DNA of 64,000 nucleotides from Verrucomicrobiota bacterium (GTDB lineage: Bacteria > Verrucomicrobiota > Verrucomicrobiia > Limisphaerales > AAA164-E04). Positions within the stretch are counted from its first letter, which is position 1. Each line of letters begins with the position of its first letter. The notes below the pieces were generated by a model, which was given only the letters and a program-made list of their open reading frames with translations, did not search any database and was not told the DNA's origin. Positions 21,274 to 31,100 of this stretch are shown here, one piece after another. Both the position numbers and the translations under genes were made by a program. Location of the stretch: NCBI GenBank assembly GCA_047947115.1, contig CP170459.1:3424001-3488000 (forward strand), written 5' to 3'.

Positions 21274-23034
21274 TCACTTGCGTTGTTGTCTTTTTTTGGA
21301 AAGCTCGTTCATCAATTCCTCGTAGGGCAGGGTGTTGATGATATCTTCGCGACGTAACCAGCCTTTGCGTGCGTGCTCAGCACCAAGTCGGAGGAAACTT
21401 GCATGATCAAGATGATGCGCATCGCAGTTGATAACGCATTTGACACCCTTGTCCCGAGCGGCCTTCCACCATCGCCAGTCCATGTCGAGTCGGTATGGAC
21501 TGGCATTCAGTTCGATCCATGTGCCTGTCCGGGCGCAGGCATCCATGACCGCCGTGTGATCGATGGGGTAGGCTTCTCGTTCCAGAAGCAGTCGGCCGGT
21601 GATGTGCCCCAGCATATGGACATAAGGGTTTTCGGCGGCCTTGATCAAACGATCGGTGAGTTGTTCTTTGGATTGGCTAAAGCCCTGATGAATGCTGGCG
21701 ACCACCACATCCAGCTTGGACAGCGTTTCATTGTCAAAATCGAGTTTACCATCACTCAGGATGTCAACCTCACTGCCGGTCAACAATCGGAAAGCGGTGT
21801 TTTCTTCGGACAAACGTTGGTTAATGGCCTGAACAGTTTTGATCTGCTTCTCCAGTCGGTCCGCCTTTAATCCATTCGCCTGGAAGGAAGATTTGGAATG
21901 ATCCGTGACCGCCCAGTAACTGAAGCCGAGTTCAAGGCAATCCTCAACGATTTGATCAAGAGATTGCCTGCCATCACTCCAGTCGGAGTGGTTGTGGAGG
22001 GAACCTTTCATTTCAATCCAGTCAACCAGACGTGGAACCTGATTGGAGGATGCGGCATCGAACTCTCCTTGATCCTCGCGGATTTCGGGCGGGATGTATG
22101 TCAGGTCCAGGTGCCTGAAGATGTCTTCTTCGCTCTGGCATTCCAGGCACAGTTCCGGATCTTTGGTTTCCTCTTTTGATCGAAACAGGCCATATTCATT
22201 CAATCGCAAACCTCGTTCTATCGCGCGGCGACGCATGATGATGTTGTGCTCTTTGCTACCGGTGAAATAAGCCAGAGCAAACGGAAAGGAACGATCCTCC
22301 ACCACTCGCAGGTCAGCCTGCAATCCGCCATTGAGAATGACCGATGCCTTGGTGTCTCCATTGGCCAGGATGTGGGTGACATAAGGGAGAGAAGTGAAGA
22401 AACTGATGACCTGATTGGGTGACCTGGACGAGACCAGGAAATCAATGTCATGCAGGATCTCCTTTCGGCGACGCAAACTACCCGCTTCACTGCAACGAAT
22501 GACATCGGGATGTTCGCGCAAGATATCCAAAATCGGTTGAGCTGTTGCAAGGCAGATATCGAGGCGGAAGTGGGAAGCGTATTTTTGCCGAAACTCGATG
22601 CCTTCAAGTATCTTGGTCTGAGTCTTTGCTCCAAATCCTTTGATGCCTGAAATCCGGTCGTTCTTGCAGGCTTCTTCCAATGCCTCCAGCGTTTCGATTT
22701 CAAGCGTATCGTGCAGTAGTTTGACCTTCTTGGGGCCCAGACCGGGGATGTCGAGCATCTCTATCAGGCCGGGCGGGATGGATTTTCTCAGGTCTTCGTA
22801 GTATTTCAATCGGCCGGTGGTGACCAGTTCCGTGACCTTTTGCTGGAGAGCGTCTCCGAATCCCTTGAGTTCCCCCAGACGCTCCTCATCCACCAGCTGT
22901 GCGATGGGGGTGGCCAGTGTTTCGATGGTGCGGGCGCCATTGACGTATGCCCTGGTTTTGAAGGGGTTTTCTCCCTTTAACTCCAGGAATACGGCAATTT
23001 CCTCAAGGATATCCACGACGTCGGCGTTGTCCAT
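21274..23034 (-). CDS. polX: DNA polymerase X with PHP 3'-5' exonuclease domain
   Basis: GENPFKTRAY, GSLRRRKEILHDIDFL, QADLR, YFTGSKEHN; PHP motifs HNHSDWSDG, TDH, NCDAH. ATG 23034 preferred. Confidence 0.93.
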   Translation of the reverse strand: MDNADVVDILEEIAVFLELKGENPFKTRAYVNGARTIETLATPIAQLVDEERLGELKGFGDALQQKVTELVTTGRLKYYEDLRKSIPPGLIEMLDIPGLGPKKVKLLHDTLEIETLEALEEACKNDRISGIKGFGAKTQTKILEGIEFRQKYASHFRLDICLATAQPILDILREHPDVIRCSEAGSLRRRKEILHDIDFLVSSRSPNQVISFFTSLPYVTHILANGDTKASVILNGGLQADLRVVEDRSFPFALAYFTGSKEHNIIMRRRAIERGLRLNEYGLFRSKEETKDPELCLECQSEEDIFRHLDLTYIPPEIREDQGEFDAASSNQVPRLVDWIEMKGSLHNHSDWSDGRQSLDQIVEDCLELGFSYWAVTDHSKSSFQANGLKADRLEKQIKTVQAINQRLSEENTAFRLLTGSEVDILSDGKLDFDNETLSKLDVVVASIHQGFSQSKEQLTDRLIKAAENPYVHMLGHITGRLLLEREAYPIDHTAVMDACARTGTWIELNASPYRLDMDWRWWKAARDKGVKCVINCDAHHLDHASFLRLGAEHARKGWLRREDIINTLPYEELMNELSKKRQQRK

Positions 23035-23119
23035 GCCACGACTATGCTCAGGCTGCGCCAAACTGCAAGTGACAAAGAGAAAACTGGACCTGACAGGCTG
23101 CTCAGGTCATATTCAGCGC

Positions 23120-23818
23120 ATGAAACATTTCCCGGTTACGATGACGAATGGCTTGTTGCGGTTGATGATGATTGCCTTGTTGTGGATCACTGGTTTTCAA
23201 GTTCAATGTGAAGATGAGAAGGAGCCGGTCGCCCCAGATTTGGAAGCCAAGGATTGGAAACCGCTCTTCGACGGTAAAACGATGGAAGGGTGGAAAGAGA
23301 CCAACTTTGCCGGCAAAGGCGAAGCCCGTGTCAAAGATGGTGCCATCGAAATCGACATGGGACTGGCCCTGAGCGGCGTGAACTACACCAATCAGCCGCC
23401 CAAGATCAATTATGAGATTACCTTGGAAGCCATGAAGCGGGATGGGGGGGATTTTTTCTGCGGATTGACCGTTCCTTATAAGGATGAGCATTTCACTTTT
23501 GTTTGCGGGGGATGGGGCGGGGGCGTGATCGGGGTTTCCAGCATCAATGGCATGGACGCCTCAGAAAACGAAACCACCGAATATAAGAAATTCGAAAAGA
23601 ACCAATGGTACCGCATCACCGTGCGAGTTCTGGATGATCGTATTCAGGCCTGGATTGATGGTAAATTGTTCGTTGATGTGAGCACCGTGGATGTCTCTAT
23701 CAGTATGCGTATCGGAGAGATCGAAGAGTCCATTCCTCTTGGTGTCGCCACTTATATGACATCGGCCGCTATTCGTGACATTCGCTTGCGGAAATTACCT
23801 GAGAAAACCAAGGAATAG
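23120..23818 (+). CDS. DUF1080 (3-keto-disaccharide hydrolase-like) secreted protein
   Basis: Signal peptide, WKPLFDGKTMEGW, NYEITLEAM, WYRITVRV...IQAWIDG. Start trimmed from 22817 to avoid overlap with polX. Confidence 0.82.
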   Translation: MKHFPVTMTNGLLRLMMIALLWITGFQVQCEDEKEPVAPDLEAKDWKPLFDGKTMEGWKETNFAGKGEARVKDGAIEIDMGLALSGVNYTNQPPKINYEITLEAMKRDGGDFFCGLTVPYKDEHFTFVCGGWGGGVIGVSSINGMDASENETTEYKKFEKNQWYRITVRVLDDRIQAWIDGKLFVDVSTVDVSISMRIGEIEESIPLGVATYMTSAAIRDIRLRKLPEKTKE

Positions 23819-23837
23819 GTTCATTCAAAGGAGTAAC

Positions 23838-25241
23838 ATGAAAGCAGTTGCCAAGAGAGCTTGGTTGGTGTTTGGGCTGGCGCTCCATGGTTGCCTGGTG
23901 AGCGAAACAAATGCCGATCCCCTACGTATCGGTGCCGCACAGGTCAGCATCACTCCGCCCATCGGTATCCCCATGGCGGGTTATTATCATGAGCGCGGAG
24001 CATCCTCTATTCACGATCAACTGTATGCGCGGACGATTGTCCTGGAAAAAGACGGGCTCAAAGCCGCCATCGTCAGTCTGGATGTCATTACGACCAGACG
24101 ATCCTTCGTGCAGGATGCGCGTCGTTTGATTGAAGCTTCAACCGATATCCCCGGAGATCATGTCATGATCAGCGCTACTCACGCGCATACCGGCCCGGTG
24201 TTGGCCAGTGAATCGACTCTCGACGAAGCGAGAGGAGGAAAGGATGAGCTGGTGCTTCAATACTCCAGAACCTTGGCAGCTTTCATAGCTGATTCCGTGG
24301 TCAAAGCCAACGCACAGCTTCAGGAAGCCCAGGCTCAGGGTGCGATTGGATTAGAAGACAGCATTGCGTTCAATCGACGATTCCATATGAAAGACGGTAC
24401 GGTTGGATGGAACCCCGGCAAACAGAATGCCGACATTATCAAGGCAGCCGGCCCCATTGATCCAGAAGTGCCGTTTGTGTTTTTTTCCAACACCGAAGGA
24501 GCGGCCTTGGCAACTTATGTTAACTACGCTGTGCATCTCGATAACGTAGGAGGATTGGAAATCTCCGCGGACTTGCCTTTTGCACTGAGCGAAACCTTGC
24601 AGCGTTATCACGGCGAAGAGATGGTGACGGTTTATACCACCGGCGCTTGCGGCGACGTGAATCATGTTAATGTGGCTTGGGGCGCTCCGCAAAAGGGGCA
24701 TGACAACGCCACACGTATGGGAGTGATTCTGGCGGGAGAAGTGTTATCGCAGTGGCCGGTCTTGAAAGCCGTGGATGGTGCGCTAAAAGTACGCAGTGAA
24801 ATCGTAGAACTTTCATTGCCTGACGTAACGTCGGAAGATATCGATTCCTCCAAAGATGTGATCCAAACCGCGGACGATCGGACACGCGCCAGCTTTATGA
24901 AATTGGTGCAAGCGCATAAAGTCTTGGATGTGGCTGCCCGTAACGGCAAGCCTTGGGAAGTGGAAGTGCAGGTCATCACATTGGGAGATCAATTAGCCTG
25001 GGTGGCTTTGCCTGGAGAGATATTTGTCCAACTTGGCCTGGATCTGAAGCTCGATTCACCCTACCCGCAAACCATGATTGCCGAACTGGCCAACGGATCG
25101 ATCGGATACATCCCCAATATGCGCGCCTATCCCCAGGGCAACTACGAAGTCGTGAGTGCCCGATGTGCTGCCGGTTCCGGTGAAAAACTCATCGCAACAG
25201 CAATCCGATTGCTGAAAGACAGCCATCGCAAAAGTCCGTGA
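23838..25241 (+). CDS. Neutral/alkaline ceramidase-like metallohydrolase, secreted
   Basis: ITPPIGIPMAGY, HDQLYAR, ISATHAHTGP, FNRR, NYAVH, GACGDVN, LPGEIF, LANGSIGYIP. Confidence 0.8.
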   Translation: MKAVAKRAWLVFGLALHGCLVSETNADPLRIGAAQVSITPPIGIPMAGYYHERGASSIHDQLYARTIVLEKDGLKAAIVSLDVITTRRSFVQDARRLIEASTDIPGDHVMISATHAHTGPVLASESTLDEARGGKDELVLQYSRTLAAFIADSVVKANAQLQEAQAQGAIGLEDSIAFNRRFHMKDGTVGWNPGKQNADIIKAAGPIDPEVPFVFFSNTEGAALATYVNYAVHLDNVGGLEISADLPFALSETLQRYHGEEMVTVYTTGACGDVNHVNVAWGAPQKGHDNATRMGVILAGEVLSQWPVLKAVDGALKVRSEIVELSLPDVTSEDIDSSKDVIQTADDRTRASFMKLVQAHKVLDVAARNGKPWEVEVQVITLGDQLAWVALPGEIFVQLGLDLKLDSPYPQTMIAELANGSIGYIPNMRAYPQGNYEVVSARCAAGSGEKLIATAIRLLKDSHRKSP

Positions 25242-25242
25242 G

Positions 25243-25356
25243 CATTCCCAAGAGACATATTCTTCACGGAGGCAAAAGATCCGACACCCCATGGGCTTTC
25301 TGGAGTGCTGTGACGACCCACAGCACTCAAAAGTGCTCTCCGTGTGTTAGGGAATG
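25243..25356. repeat. Nested inverted-repeat intergenic element (REP/MITE-like)
   Basis: Arms CATTCCC/GGGAATG and CACGGAG/CTCCGTG enclose a perfect 10-bp stem GAGTGCTGTG-N6-CACAGCACTC. Confidence 0.6.
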
Positions 25357-25417
25357 TTTTTCTTTATCCGCGTACAATCAGGCGATGTATAATCTACTGA
25401 ATTAATATTTTCTCCGC

Positions 25418-26785
25418 ATGCTACTCTCCGCAGTCATTGGATATGCCCTCGTTATTCTTCTGATTTCCTTTTTTGCCCAGAGAAGGATTCATAACGAAGA
25501 GGATTTTATTGTGGCAGGTCGACGAATGTCGGTCTGGATGAACACCGGCACCCTTTTGGCGACTTGGTTTGGGGCCGGGACACTGTTGACCTCGACGGAT
25601 GAAATCGCCTTGGAAGGAGTGCGGATCGTTGCGTTGGAACCGGTCGGGGCCGGGCTGTGCCTGGTGGTGACCGGGTTGTTTTTTGCACGCCCGCTTTGGG
25701 AAATGAAGATTTGCACACTGGCCGATTTTTTCAAAGCACGCTTCGGAACCAAAGCCGAAGTGTTGCAAGTGTTGACCTCTGTTCCAACATTCATTGGCTG
25801 GATTGCTGTTCAATTGGTGGCCTTGTCAGGTGTGTTCAATGTGTTGTTTGACTGGCCCGTGACTCAAACAATCATAGGGCTCGGTCTGTTTGCCATGGTT
25901 TACACCATAGTGGGGGGGATGTGGTCCGTGAGCCTGACTGATGCTCTGCAAGCAGTGGTGATGATCGCCGGGTTAGCGCTGCTTGGATGGTATGTTCTGG
26001 AGGATCTTTCCAGTGCCGGCGGATTGCAAGCCATGTGGGCTCAAAGTGAAGCACCTCGAAAGATCTGGATTCCGACCGACCGCGCCCAGGAATTCATGGA
26101 ATGGTTTGGTTGGTTGACGATTGCCATGTTGGGCAATCTGCCGAGTCAGGACCTGATGCAGCGTGTCTTTGCCGCACGGTCAGCCAAAGTGGCCCAAACG
26201 GCCTGCCTTCTTGCCGGATGTCTGTATATTGTGCTTGGAGCCATTCCTGTTCTTGCCGGTATGGCCTTTCCGGCTTTGTTTCCCGACAAAGACCCCCAGG
26301 CGGTCGTTATTCAGATGGCGCAACATTATTTCACTGATGGCATGATGGTCTTGTTCCTGTTGGCCGTCTTGTCGATGGTTCTCTCATCCATGGACAGCGG
26401 TATTTTGGCTCCAGCCACCATTCTCGGACGAAACGTCTTCCGTAAATGGACGCCCGATTCCGTCAGTTCTCTGACACTTTGCAGGCTGTCGGTTGTTCTG
26501 GTGTCCGTGGCATGTGTGGCGGTGGCCTTGATGGGGTCGCGTGCGTTTGAACTCTTGGAAAGCTGTTACTCTATCGGATTGGCCGGACTGCTGATCCCCC
26601 TGGTCATGGGGCTCTTCTGGAAAGCTGGGAATCAAACGTCGGCCTTGTTGGCCATGATTGTTGGCATCACGGCATGGATCATTGAATGGGTCTTTGGGAT
26701 TGAATGGCCGTTGGCACCCCTGGGTGCCATCGCCGGGTTGATGGTTTACATCATTCACGCCAAAGTCTGCCTCAAATTACCTTAA
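25418..26785 (+). CDS. Sodium:solute symporter family protein
   Basis: DFIVAGR, LLATWFGAG, YTIVGGMWSVSLTDALQ, QDLMQRVFAARS, LSSMDS, with many transmembrane segments. Confidence 0.9.
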   Translation: MLLSAVIGYALVILLISFFAQRRIHNEEDFIVAGRRMSVWMNTGTLLATWFGAGTLLTSTDEIALEGVRIVALEPVGAGLCLVVTGLFFARPLWEMKICTLADFFKARFGTKAEVLQVLTSVPTFIGWIAVQLVALSGVFNVLFDWPVTQTIIGLGLFAMVYTIVGGMWSVSLTDALQAVVMIAGLALLGWYVLEDLSSAGGLQAMWAQSEAPRKIWIPTDRAQEFMEWFGWLTIAMLGNLPSQDLMQRVFAARSAKVAQTACLLAGCLYIVLGAIPVLAGMAFPALFPDKDPQAVVIQMAQHYFTDGMMVLFLLAVLSMVLSSMDSGILAPATILGRNVFRKWTPDSVSSLTLCRLSVVLVSVACVAVALMGSRAFELLESCYSIGLAGLLIPLVMGLFWKAGNQTSALLAMIVGITAWIIEWVFGIEWPLAPLGAIAGLMVYIIHAKVCLKLP

Positions 26786-27115
26786 ATCTGACGTCTGCGA
26801 CCTTGCTCTGTTTACGGCTTTTCGAACCAAATATAAGAATGGTCTCCTTCAGTATGCAATCCAAGGTCTTATACTGCTTACATTTTTGGGAAGACGTCAT
26901 GGCGCTTTGAAATCGCAATTTCAAACGCAAATGGCAGTGTTCGTGTTCACATGTTATAACATTTGCCAAAAGTAATTTCAGAAATAACACTGCGTCACTG
27001 CGTCTCTAGCGCAGCGGGCGTGAGAATAAGAAGCATCAGCGAGCCCTTATGCGCAAATACTTTTGGCAATCAGTATGGATTCCCAAATGCGCCAAGAAAC
27101 GCAAGGTGCGCAAAG

Positions 27116-27817
27116 TTACTTTTTGGTTATTAGTTCATATGTTTGAGCGAACACTTCAGGTGGGGTCATGGCTTGCGGTTTTGGTTCGGTAGTGTCCGCT
27201 GGGGGTTTTTCAATGGCGATGGCTTTTACGGCCTCCAGCTTGAGTGTGTCCGACCAGTCGGTGCGGATGGAAGGGTTGTAAATGTAAACAGGTGGATGGT
27301 CTGATGTCAGGAGGGGGCTGATAGTGTCCGTTTGTTCAGGGAATCCAACCCAGGATACGAATGCCAGAGCGTTCGGGTGGTCTGACAGGATTGTGACAAA
27401 GTCTTCCGCATCCATGCGGCCTGCATTCATGTCGGCTGCGCTGATATCCATTGCGACTTCCTTGAGTTGGATGGTGCGGAATCGGGCCATGACGCGGGCA
27501 TAGCCTTCGTAGAAAGAGTCCAATGCCGCGGTGGGGGCTTCTTTGTTTGGTGGAAAGATCAGAATGATTTCTCCGGTCCGGGCGGATTTGTCGGATAGGT
27601 ACTGATGCGCCAGGGTGTATGCAACGGCTGCCTGACCACGATGGGTGCGCTGGATTCCGGACGTTCCAAGCGTGTCAATGGAACGCCAGACTGTCAGAAC
27701 GATGCATCCGGCCACGCTCAATCCCATACATACCTGACCTATCTTTTGAGACTTGCCGCGAATACCGTAGCCGATGGCGCCTAAAACCAGGCTGAGGATA
27801 AGGAATGGTGAGTACAC
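27116..27817 (-). CDS. Hypothetical membrane-anchored protein with an alpha/beta domain resembling periplasmic binding proteins
   Basis: Two N-terminal hydrophobic segments followed by a soluble domain. Its GTG start directly abuts the stop of the prepilin-like gene. Confidence 0.65.
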   Translation of the reverse strand: MYSPFLILSLVLGAIGYGIRGKSQKIGQVCMGLSVAGCIVLTVWRSIDTLGTSGIQRTHRGQAAVAYTLAHQYLSDKSARTGEIILIFPPNKEAPTAALDSFYEGYARVMARFRTIQLKEVAMDISAADMNAGRMDAEDFVTILSDHPNALAFVSWVGFPEQTDTISPLLTSDHPPVYIYNPSIRTDWSDTLKLEAVKAIAIEKPPADTTEPKPQAMTPPEVFAQTYELITKK

Positions 27818-28522
27818 TTAACGTTCCGGGGTGGTTTGGGGTTCTTCCCGTTCAAGTGTGAACATTTCGCGGGGGGCTTCGTCGATGAGTTCGATGTGGC
27901 CATCCAGAAAAGAGGCGTTTGCTTTGCCAAAGACCACCTCACGTGATGCACGAGCGGTCAGTCGGGCGGTGCCGGAACTCCATTCGGATCCTCCGCTGTG
28001 TCGGTAGAGCACGTTGGCGGTTCCGTCTTCATCGGCGTAGAGGCATGCGTCCCAACCATCGGTGTCCGCATAGAGAACCGTTCCGACCGGGTCCTGAACA
28101 TTGCGCATGCCGATGTCTGCTCGTCCCAGATTGACGCGGCTGTTTTGGGCGTAGGCCAGAAATCCCCAGAATCCACCCGGGCGCATGGCCCCATTTTCAT
28201 CTTTCTGCAAACTGGATGGGCAAACAAAGACGCCTTGACCGGAGACGTTCGTGCCGCGCCCAACGTAGGTTTGGAGTTGGCGATACCAGATGTTGTGGGG
28301 CGGATTCCATCCGATGGGGAGGCGTTCCGTATCTTCGTCGTACATGATGGCGGCAAGGATCAGTTGACGGAGGTTGCTGTTGCAGACGATGGTTTTTCCT
28401 TTGTCTTTGGCTTTGCCGAGGGCAGGTAACAACATGCCCGCCAAGATGGCGATGATGGCCACGACGACGAGGAGTTCTATGAGTGTGAACGCGCCTGTTT
28501 TTACTTGTTTGTTCATAACCAT
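27818..28522 (-). CDS. Prepilin-type N-terminal cleavage/methylation protein, H-X9-DG type
   Basis: [42 protein letters not shown]...NASFLDGH. Confidence 0.9.
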   Translation of the reverse strand: MVMNKQVKTGAFTLIELLVVVAIIAILAGMLLPALGKAKDKGKTIVCNSNLRQLILAAIMYDEDTERLPIGWNPPHNIWYRQLQTYVGRGTNVSGQGVFVCPSSLQKDENGAMRPGGFWGFLAYAQNSRVNLGRADIGMRNVQDPVGTVLYADTDGWDACLYADEDGTANVLYRHSGGSEWSSGTARLTARASREVVFGKANASFLDGHIELIDEAPREMFTLEREEPQTTPER

Positions 28523-28573
28523 GTTTCCGGTTTGTCTGGGGTTGATGTGATCGTGGGAAAATCTTGAATCAAT

Positions 28574-29137
28574 TCAGGCCTGATCTTGATTGTTCAGGTG
28601 ATGTTCTATGCTTTTCAGTGAGTCCCGGATCTCTCTCAGCAACTGGATTTGATCTTCATCCTTTTGAGTTGTGTTCGTCGGTTTGAGTTTCTTTCCGGGT
28701 TCCGAAGCCGCATCTCTCTGGGCCAGGACCGTTTCACGGAATTCGATGGCGTTCTTGATGCCGGTCAATGAAACCAACGCACCGGGGCCTGATTGTCCTG
28801 CGGTTTCAACCGTGAGGCAGTGGAGATCGTAATGCCTCATGATCGGACCTTGAACCATTCCCATGTCAGTGATTTTTTCCAGAGGGATGGTTTTTTCAAT
28901 ACGAACAAAGATGCCTTTCTTCACTTTGAGCGCCTTGGGAGTCAGGATGCATTCCATGCTGGCAAGGTAGCGGCGCGTGAGGAGTTGCCCCAAGGGTATC
29001 CAAAGCAACAGCAGGGGAATGCCGATGATGCTGACCGAAAAGGCAATGGTTCCCGAAAGCAGCCAGTAGGAGCAGACTTTTGTGTTGAATTCAGCCTTTC
29101 GAATGATGCCGGAGGCTTTGTCTGATTGAGTTGTCAT
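28574..29137 (-). CDS. Bacterial PH-domain membrane protein
   Basis: Hydrophobic hairpin then VKKGIFVRIEKTIPLEKITD...QGPIMR...VETAG. Start trimmed to ATG 29137. Confidence 0.8.
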   Translation of the reverse strand: MTTQSDKASGIIRKAEFNTKVCSYWLLSGTIAFSVSIIGIPLLLLWIPLGQLLTRRYLASMECILTPKALKVKKGIFVRIEKTIPLEKITDMGMVQGPIMRHYDLHCLTVETAGQSGPGALVSLTGIKNAIEFRETVLAQRDAASEPGKKLKPTNTTQKDEDQIQLLREIRDSLKSIEHHLNNQDQA

Positions 29138-29226
29138 GGCGACTGATTGTTCCAGACGGGATTCCGTCTGTGACTGATAAGTTCTTAGCTTGTGATTCCG
29201 GAATGGACAAGTGATAAAAGGGGGAG

Positions 29227-30108
29227 ATGATTCCGGAAGCGTTTCATACATTTTATCAAAATCAGCATGCCGGCCGATGGACTGGTCTTTGTGATGCGTT
29301 GATGCAGCCGTCCGTGCGGTGCGCGCGTTGGAATGCTTTTGCGGGTCAACTTCCTGGGGAGAGATCGAATGATTCAACTCTGATGGATGGCCTGCCTGGT
29401 TGCCATCGTTTGGACGAAGAAGCATCTTATGAGGAACGTCAGGAAGGTCTTCAGTGTTATTACCGCATGGATCCGGCGTCGTTGTTACCCGCGCAGGCCC
29501 TGGAAGTTCAATCAGGGGATCGAGTGTTGGATATGTGTGCTGCTCCTGGGGGTAAGAGCTTGATTCTGGCAGAGGCATTGTCAGAACAAGGTCACCTGAC
29601 AGCGAACGAATGGAGTCGCGCCCGCAAGGAGAAACTGCGTTCGGTATTGAATGCCTATTTGCCGGATGAAATGATGTCGCGCATTCGAATCAGCGGGCAC
29701 GATGCTTCCAAATGGGGGCTTTACGAGCCGGATACCTATGATCGAATTTTGCTGGATGCACCTTGTTCGTCGGAACGTCATGTTCTCCATCAACCAGCCG
29801 AACTTGAAAAGTGGAAACCCAGTCGGTCCAAGCTGCTCGCACAGCGTCAATATGCTCTGCTGTGTTCTGCGTTGCTCGCATGCAAACCAGGTGGCCGCGT
29901 TGTCTATTCAACCTGCAGTGTTTCCTCTCTGGAGAATGATGAAAACATCCGGAAACTGATCAAGAAAAAGGGTGACACTTTTCAGTGCCTGACAGATTTC
30001 GCGCGAGCCATAGGGGAAAAGACAGAATTCGGTTGGCAAATTCTTCCGGATAAATATCCAGGCTGGGGCCCCATGTATTGGGTCGCGTTGGAAAAACGCA
30101 ATGCTTAG
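29227..30108 (+). CDS. RsmB/RsmF/NOP2 family RNA m5C methyltransferase
   Basis: VLDMCAAPGGKS, DRILLDAPCS, VYSTCS. Confidence 0.9.
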   Translation: MIPEAFHTFYQNQHAGRWTGLCDALMQPSVRCARWNAFAGQLPGERSNDSTLMDGLPGCHRLDEEASYEERQEGLQCYYRMDPASLLPAQALEVQSGDRVLDMCAAPGGKSLILAEALSEQGHLTANEWSRARKEKLRSVLNAYLPDEMMSRIRISGHDASKWGLYEPDTYDRILLDAPCSSERHVLHQPAELEKWKPSRSKLLAQRQYALLCSALLACKPGGRVVYSTCSVSSLENDENIRKLIKKKGDTFQCLTDFARAIGEKTEFGWQILPDKYPGWGPMYWVALEKRNA

Positions 30109-31061
30109 TCCTGGGAGAGTAACCACCATTTCATTGTCCTTGAGACCACAGCTGATGCGTCTTGCTGAACGAAATGTCCTGCTTTTGGAACGGTCACAAG
30201 GGTGAGATTCCCATCAACCCAATCCCATGTTTGATTCAATCCATTTGAATTGAGAGCTGTATCCTTCAGTCCGTGGATGACCAGCACGGGACATTTGATG
30301 CGTATGTCTATATGAGGGACCGGTGAGGATGGGGCGGGTAGGTCGGGGTAGTTGCGTTTGTAGAACTCGAGCATGCCTTTGAAATTGGATCGTGTAAACG
30401 CCTCCACATATCGTTTGCGGGCCGATTCATCCGTGACCCATCCTGCCAGTGCGTCGGGTGTCATAGGCCGGCCGAAGAAAATGGTGGGATCGGTATGTGA
30501 ACCGTTTTTGAATGCCTGGGCGTAAGCGCTGTTTTTTCGTTGTTCTTCATTTTGAATCAACTCGCGCATGAAACCGTTTGGGTGGGGGAGGTTGAGGATG
30601 ATGAGTTTTTCAGTCATTTCCGGATGGGCAAATGCGAATTGCCATGCGACCGCGCCTCCCCAGTCATGACCCACCACAATGGCTTGTTTTGCCTGATTGG
30701 CCTGAATGACAGCTGCAATGTCGGAGACCAGGTGGACCATGTCATAGGATGCCGGAGCCTCGGGCTGGTCGCTTTGATTGTAGCCACGTTGATCCATGGC
30801 AACGACTTTGTAGTGATCCTTCAATACCTCCATTTGGTCACGCCAGGTGTACCAAAAATCAGGAAATCCATGCACCATCACCACCAGAGAACCCTCGCCG
30901 ATCGATGCGAAATGAATCTTGGTGCCTTGATTGTCAGCGTAACCATGTTGAACATCATCCCAAAGTTCAGCTTGAGAGGAAGTGATTATTAATCCGCTGG
31001 TAACCAGCATAAGGATCTGTTTAAAACAACTGTAAAAAAGGTGCACATTGGAAATCTTCAT
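30105..31061 (-). CDS. Alpha/beta hydrolase, epoxide hydrolase-like
   Basis: HGFPDFWYTW, DQRGYN, GHDWGG nucleophile elbow, AGHFV. Confidence 0.88.
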   Translation of the reverse strand: MKISNVHLFYSCFKQILMLVTSGLIITSSQAELWDDVQHGYADNQGTKIHFASIGEGSLVVMVHGFPDFWYTWRDQMEVLKDHYKVVAMDQRGYNQSDQPEAPASYDMVHLVSDIAAVIQANQAKQAIVVGHDWGGAVAWQFAFAHPEMTEKLIILNLPHPNGFMRELIQNEEQRKNSAYAQAFKNGSHTDPTIFFGRPMTPDALAGWVTDESARKRYVEAFTRSNFKGMLEFYKRNYPDLPAPSSPVPHIDIRIKCPVLVIHGLKDTALNSNGLNQTWDWVDGNLTLVTVPKAGHFVQQDASAVVSRTMKWWLLSQD

Positions 31062-31100
31062 GATCTGAGTTCTTTTCGAAAAGTGGTTAAAGTTGGGGCA

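Noticed and set aside
21274..23034. Catalytically altered PolX
   Set aside because: The DxD motif, the third Asp and the PHP metal ligands are all present, so it is canonical.
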